This document shows, piece by piece, positions 31,203 to 32,000 of a DNA stretch of 32,000 nucleotides (position 1 is its first letter; each line of letters starts with the position of its first letter). The position numbers and the translations under genes are program-made. Location: assembly GCA_043808785.1 (NCBI GenBank), contig JAZDEL010000002.1, positions 60,001-92,000 on the forward strand, given 5' to 3'. Below the pieces are notes generated by a model. It made no database searches. It worked only from the letters and a program-made list of their open reading frames with translations, and was not told where the DNA came from. This DNA comes from Candidatus Iainarchaeum sp. (GTDB taxonomy: Archaea > Iainarchaeota > Iainarchaeia > Iainarchaeales > JAZDEL01).

Positions 31203-31781
31203 ATGCACAGGCGCGGGATTTTCACATTCGTCCTTGTCCTTCTCTTTATCCAGTCCGCCGCGGTAATGTCCGGCATTGCCGCGGAACAGCAGCGCTCCAT
31301 TTCCGATGCGCGCAGCCTTGCCCTGCAGATGGAGCGCGCAAGGCTTGTTAGGGAGGAGGTAGAGGTTGCGGTTGACCGCACGATTGGGCAAACAATGCTC
31401 GCTGAAATTTCCTCAGGCAACAAAAACCCCGCGGCAATCCGCGCAAAAATCGCGGAAAACCTTGTTTCGGTTTTCGGGCAGTTCGAGGATGCATACCCCG
31501 AAAACCCGAAGGTTGATTTTTTTGCCGGAAATTATTACGGGGGAGGGTACCTGCGCCTCCTGGGCACGGAAGGGGGCAAGCCGAAGGCGCGTGAACTGGA
31601 AAATTATTTCAGGGTTCTTGTATTGCATGCCGGCAGTAAGGCATATGCAGCGGAATTCACATACACGGGCGGGGAAATGAAAAGCAGGGTTCTTTATGCA
31701 AAGATAAGCACGGAGAGCTTCTCGCAGGTTTTCGTTATCCCCATCGGGTACAAGATTGCAATTAACGGAGTTGTGCCCTGA
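31203..31781 (+). CDS. secreted or membrane-anchored hypothetical protein
   Basis: From ATG 31203 the protein reads MHRRGIFTFVLVLLFIQSAAVMSGIAAEQQ... (basic N-terminus plus hydrophobic helix). The track start at 31080 (TTG) is less plausible. Confidence 0.5.
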   Translation: MHRRGIFTFVLVLLFIQSAAVMSGIAAEQQRSISDARSLALQMERARLVREEVEVAVDRTIGQTMLAEISSGNKNPAAIRAKIAENLVSVFGQFEDAYPENPKVDFFAGNYYGGGYLRLLGTEGGKPKARELENYFRVLVLHAGSKAYAAEFTYTGGEMKSRVLYAKISTESFSQVFVIPIGYKIAINGVVP

Positions 31782-32000
31782 TGACGCTCGAGGCAATGCT
31801 TTCCTTCGCGCTCTTCCTCGCGCTCCTCGGAGCTTTTGCGGGAATAGAGGCGATGCAGTCCGCGAAGGCTTCCGAAGCCGCGTACAAATTCTCCGCGGAA
31901 CTCGAGAGCTGCAGGTGCGCGCTTGTTATAGATTCCTTCTATGCGAATTCCGGCGGCGCGCTGCAGGGCTTCGGTTCCTCGTGCTATATGAAAGGCACAA
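31781..32000 (+). CDS. hypothetical protein with pilin-like hydrophobic N-terminus (partial, runs off the right edge)
   Basis: The ATG at 31781 overlaps the upstream TGA (TGATG). Translation gives MTLEAMLSFALFLALLGAFAGIEAMQSAKASEAAYKFSAELESCRCALVIDSFYANSGG..., open to the window end. The ORF is not in the track. Confidence 0.4.
   Translation, partial: MTLEAMLSFALFLALLGAFAGIEAMQSAKASEAAYKFSAELESCRCALVIDSFYANSGGALQGFGSSCYMKGT

Overview
Archaeal chromosomal segment, tightly packed, with TATA-like promoters, short or absent leaders and many 4-nt start/stop overlaps. Hand-counted typical 60-nt lines are about 53-68% GC. Archaeal hallmarks are the RFC small subunit, Cdc48/VCP, an Lrp/AsnC regulator, an Nre-family protein and class III (prepilin-type) signal peptides. 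It may be a small-genome uncultivated archaeon, but lineage cannot be assigned from sequence alone.

Left third (about 500-9794, minus strand): one compact Epd/Tad-like type IV pilus operon. In transcription order it encodes:
- a secretion ATPase interrupted by a 460-aa intein carrying a LAGLIDADG homing endonuclease;
- two single-domain TadB/TadC-like platform proteins;
- three tandem 57-58-aa Flp-sized pilins, one of them below the ORF-track cutoff and found by hand;
- an EppA-like prepilin peptidase;
- two larger pilin-like proteins, a membrane protein and a membrane-anchored OB-fold protein.

The rest is mostly housekeeping: thrS, nre, rfcS, a MiaB-like methylthiotransferase, a type IA topoisomerase, an NFACT-R protein and cdc48. 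Accessory-looking genes are interspersed:
- a class II Fic protein;
- a PLP enzyme;
- an ATP-cone/NrdD-like protein that appears to lack the glycyl-radical C-terminus;
- a low-GC orphan gene;
- an N-terminally truncated FtsX permease;
- an M50 protease.

The least explained signal is a family of nested, bulged hairpin repeats (core GGGCGCAWTYGGS ... SCCRAATNGCGC, flanked by GCCAAAT/ATTTGGC palindromes). They form an array between thrS and the pilus ATPase promoter (9858-10062). A related copy lies in the nrdD-like/lrp divergent promoter (21641-21727). Both copies have the same orientation and the same position relative to the next minus-strand promoter. No rRNA, tRNA or CRISPR array was recognised.
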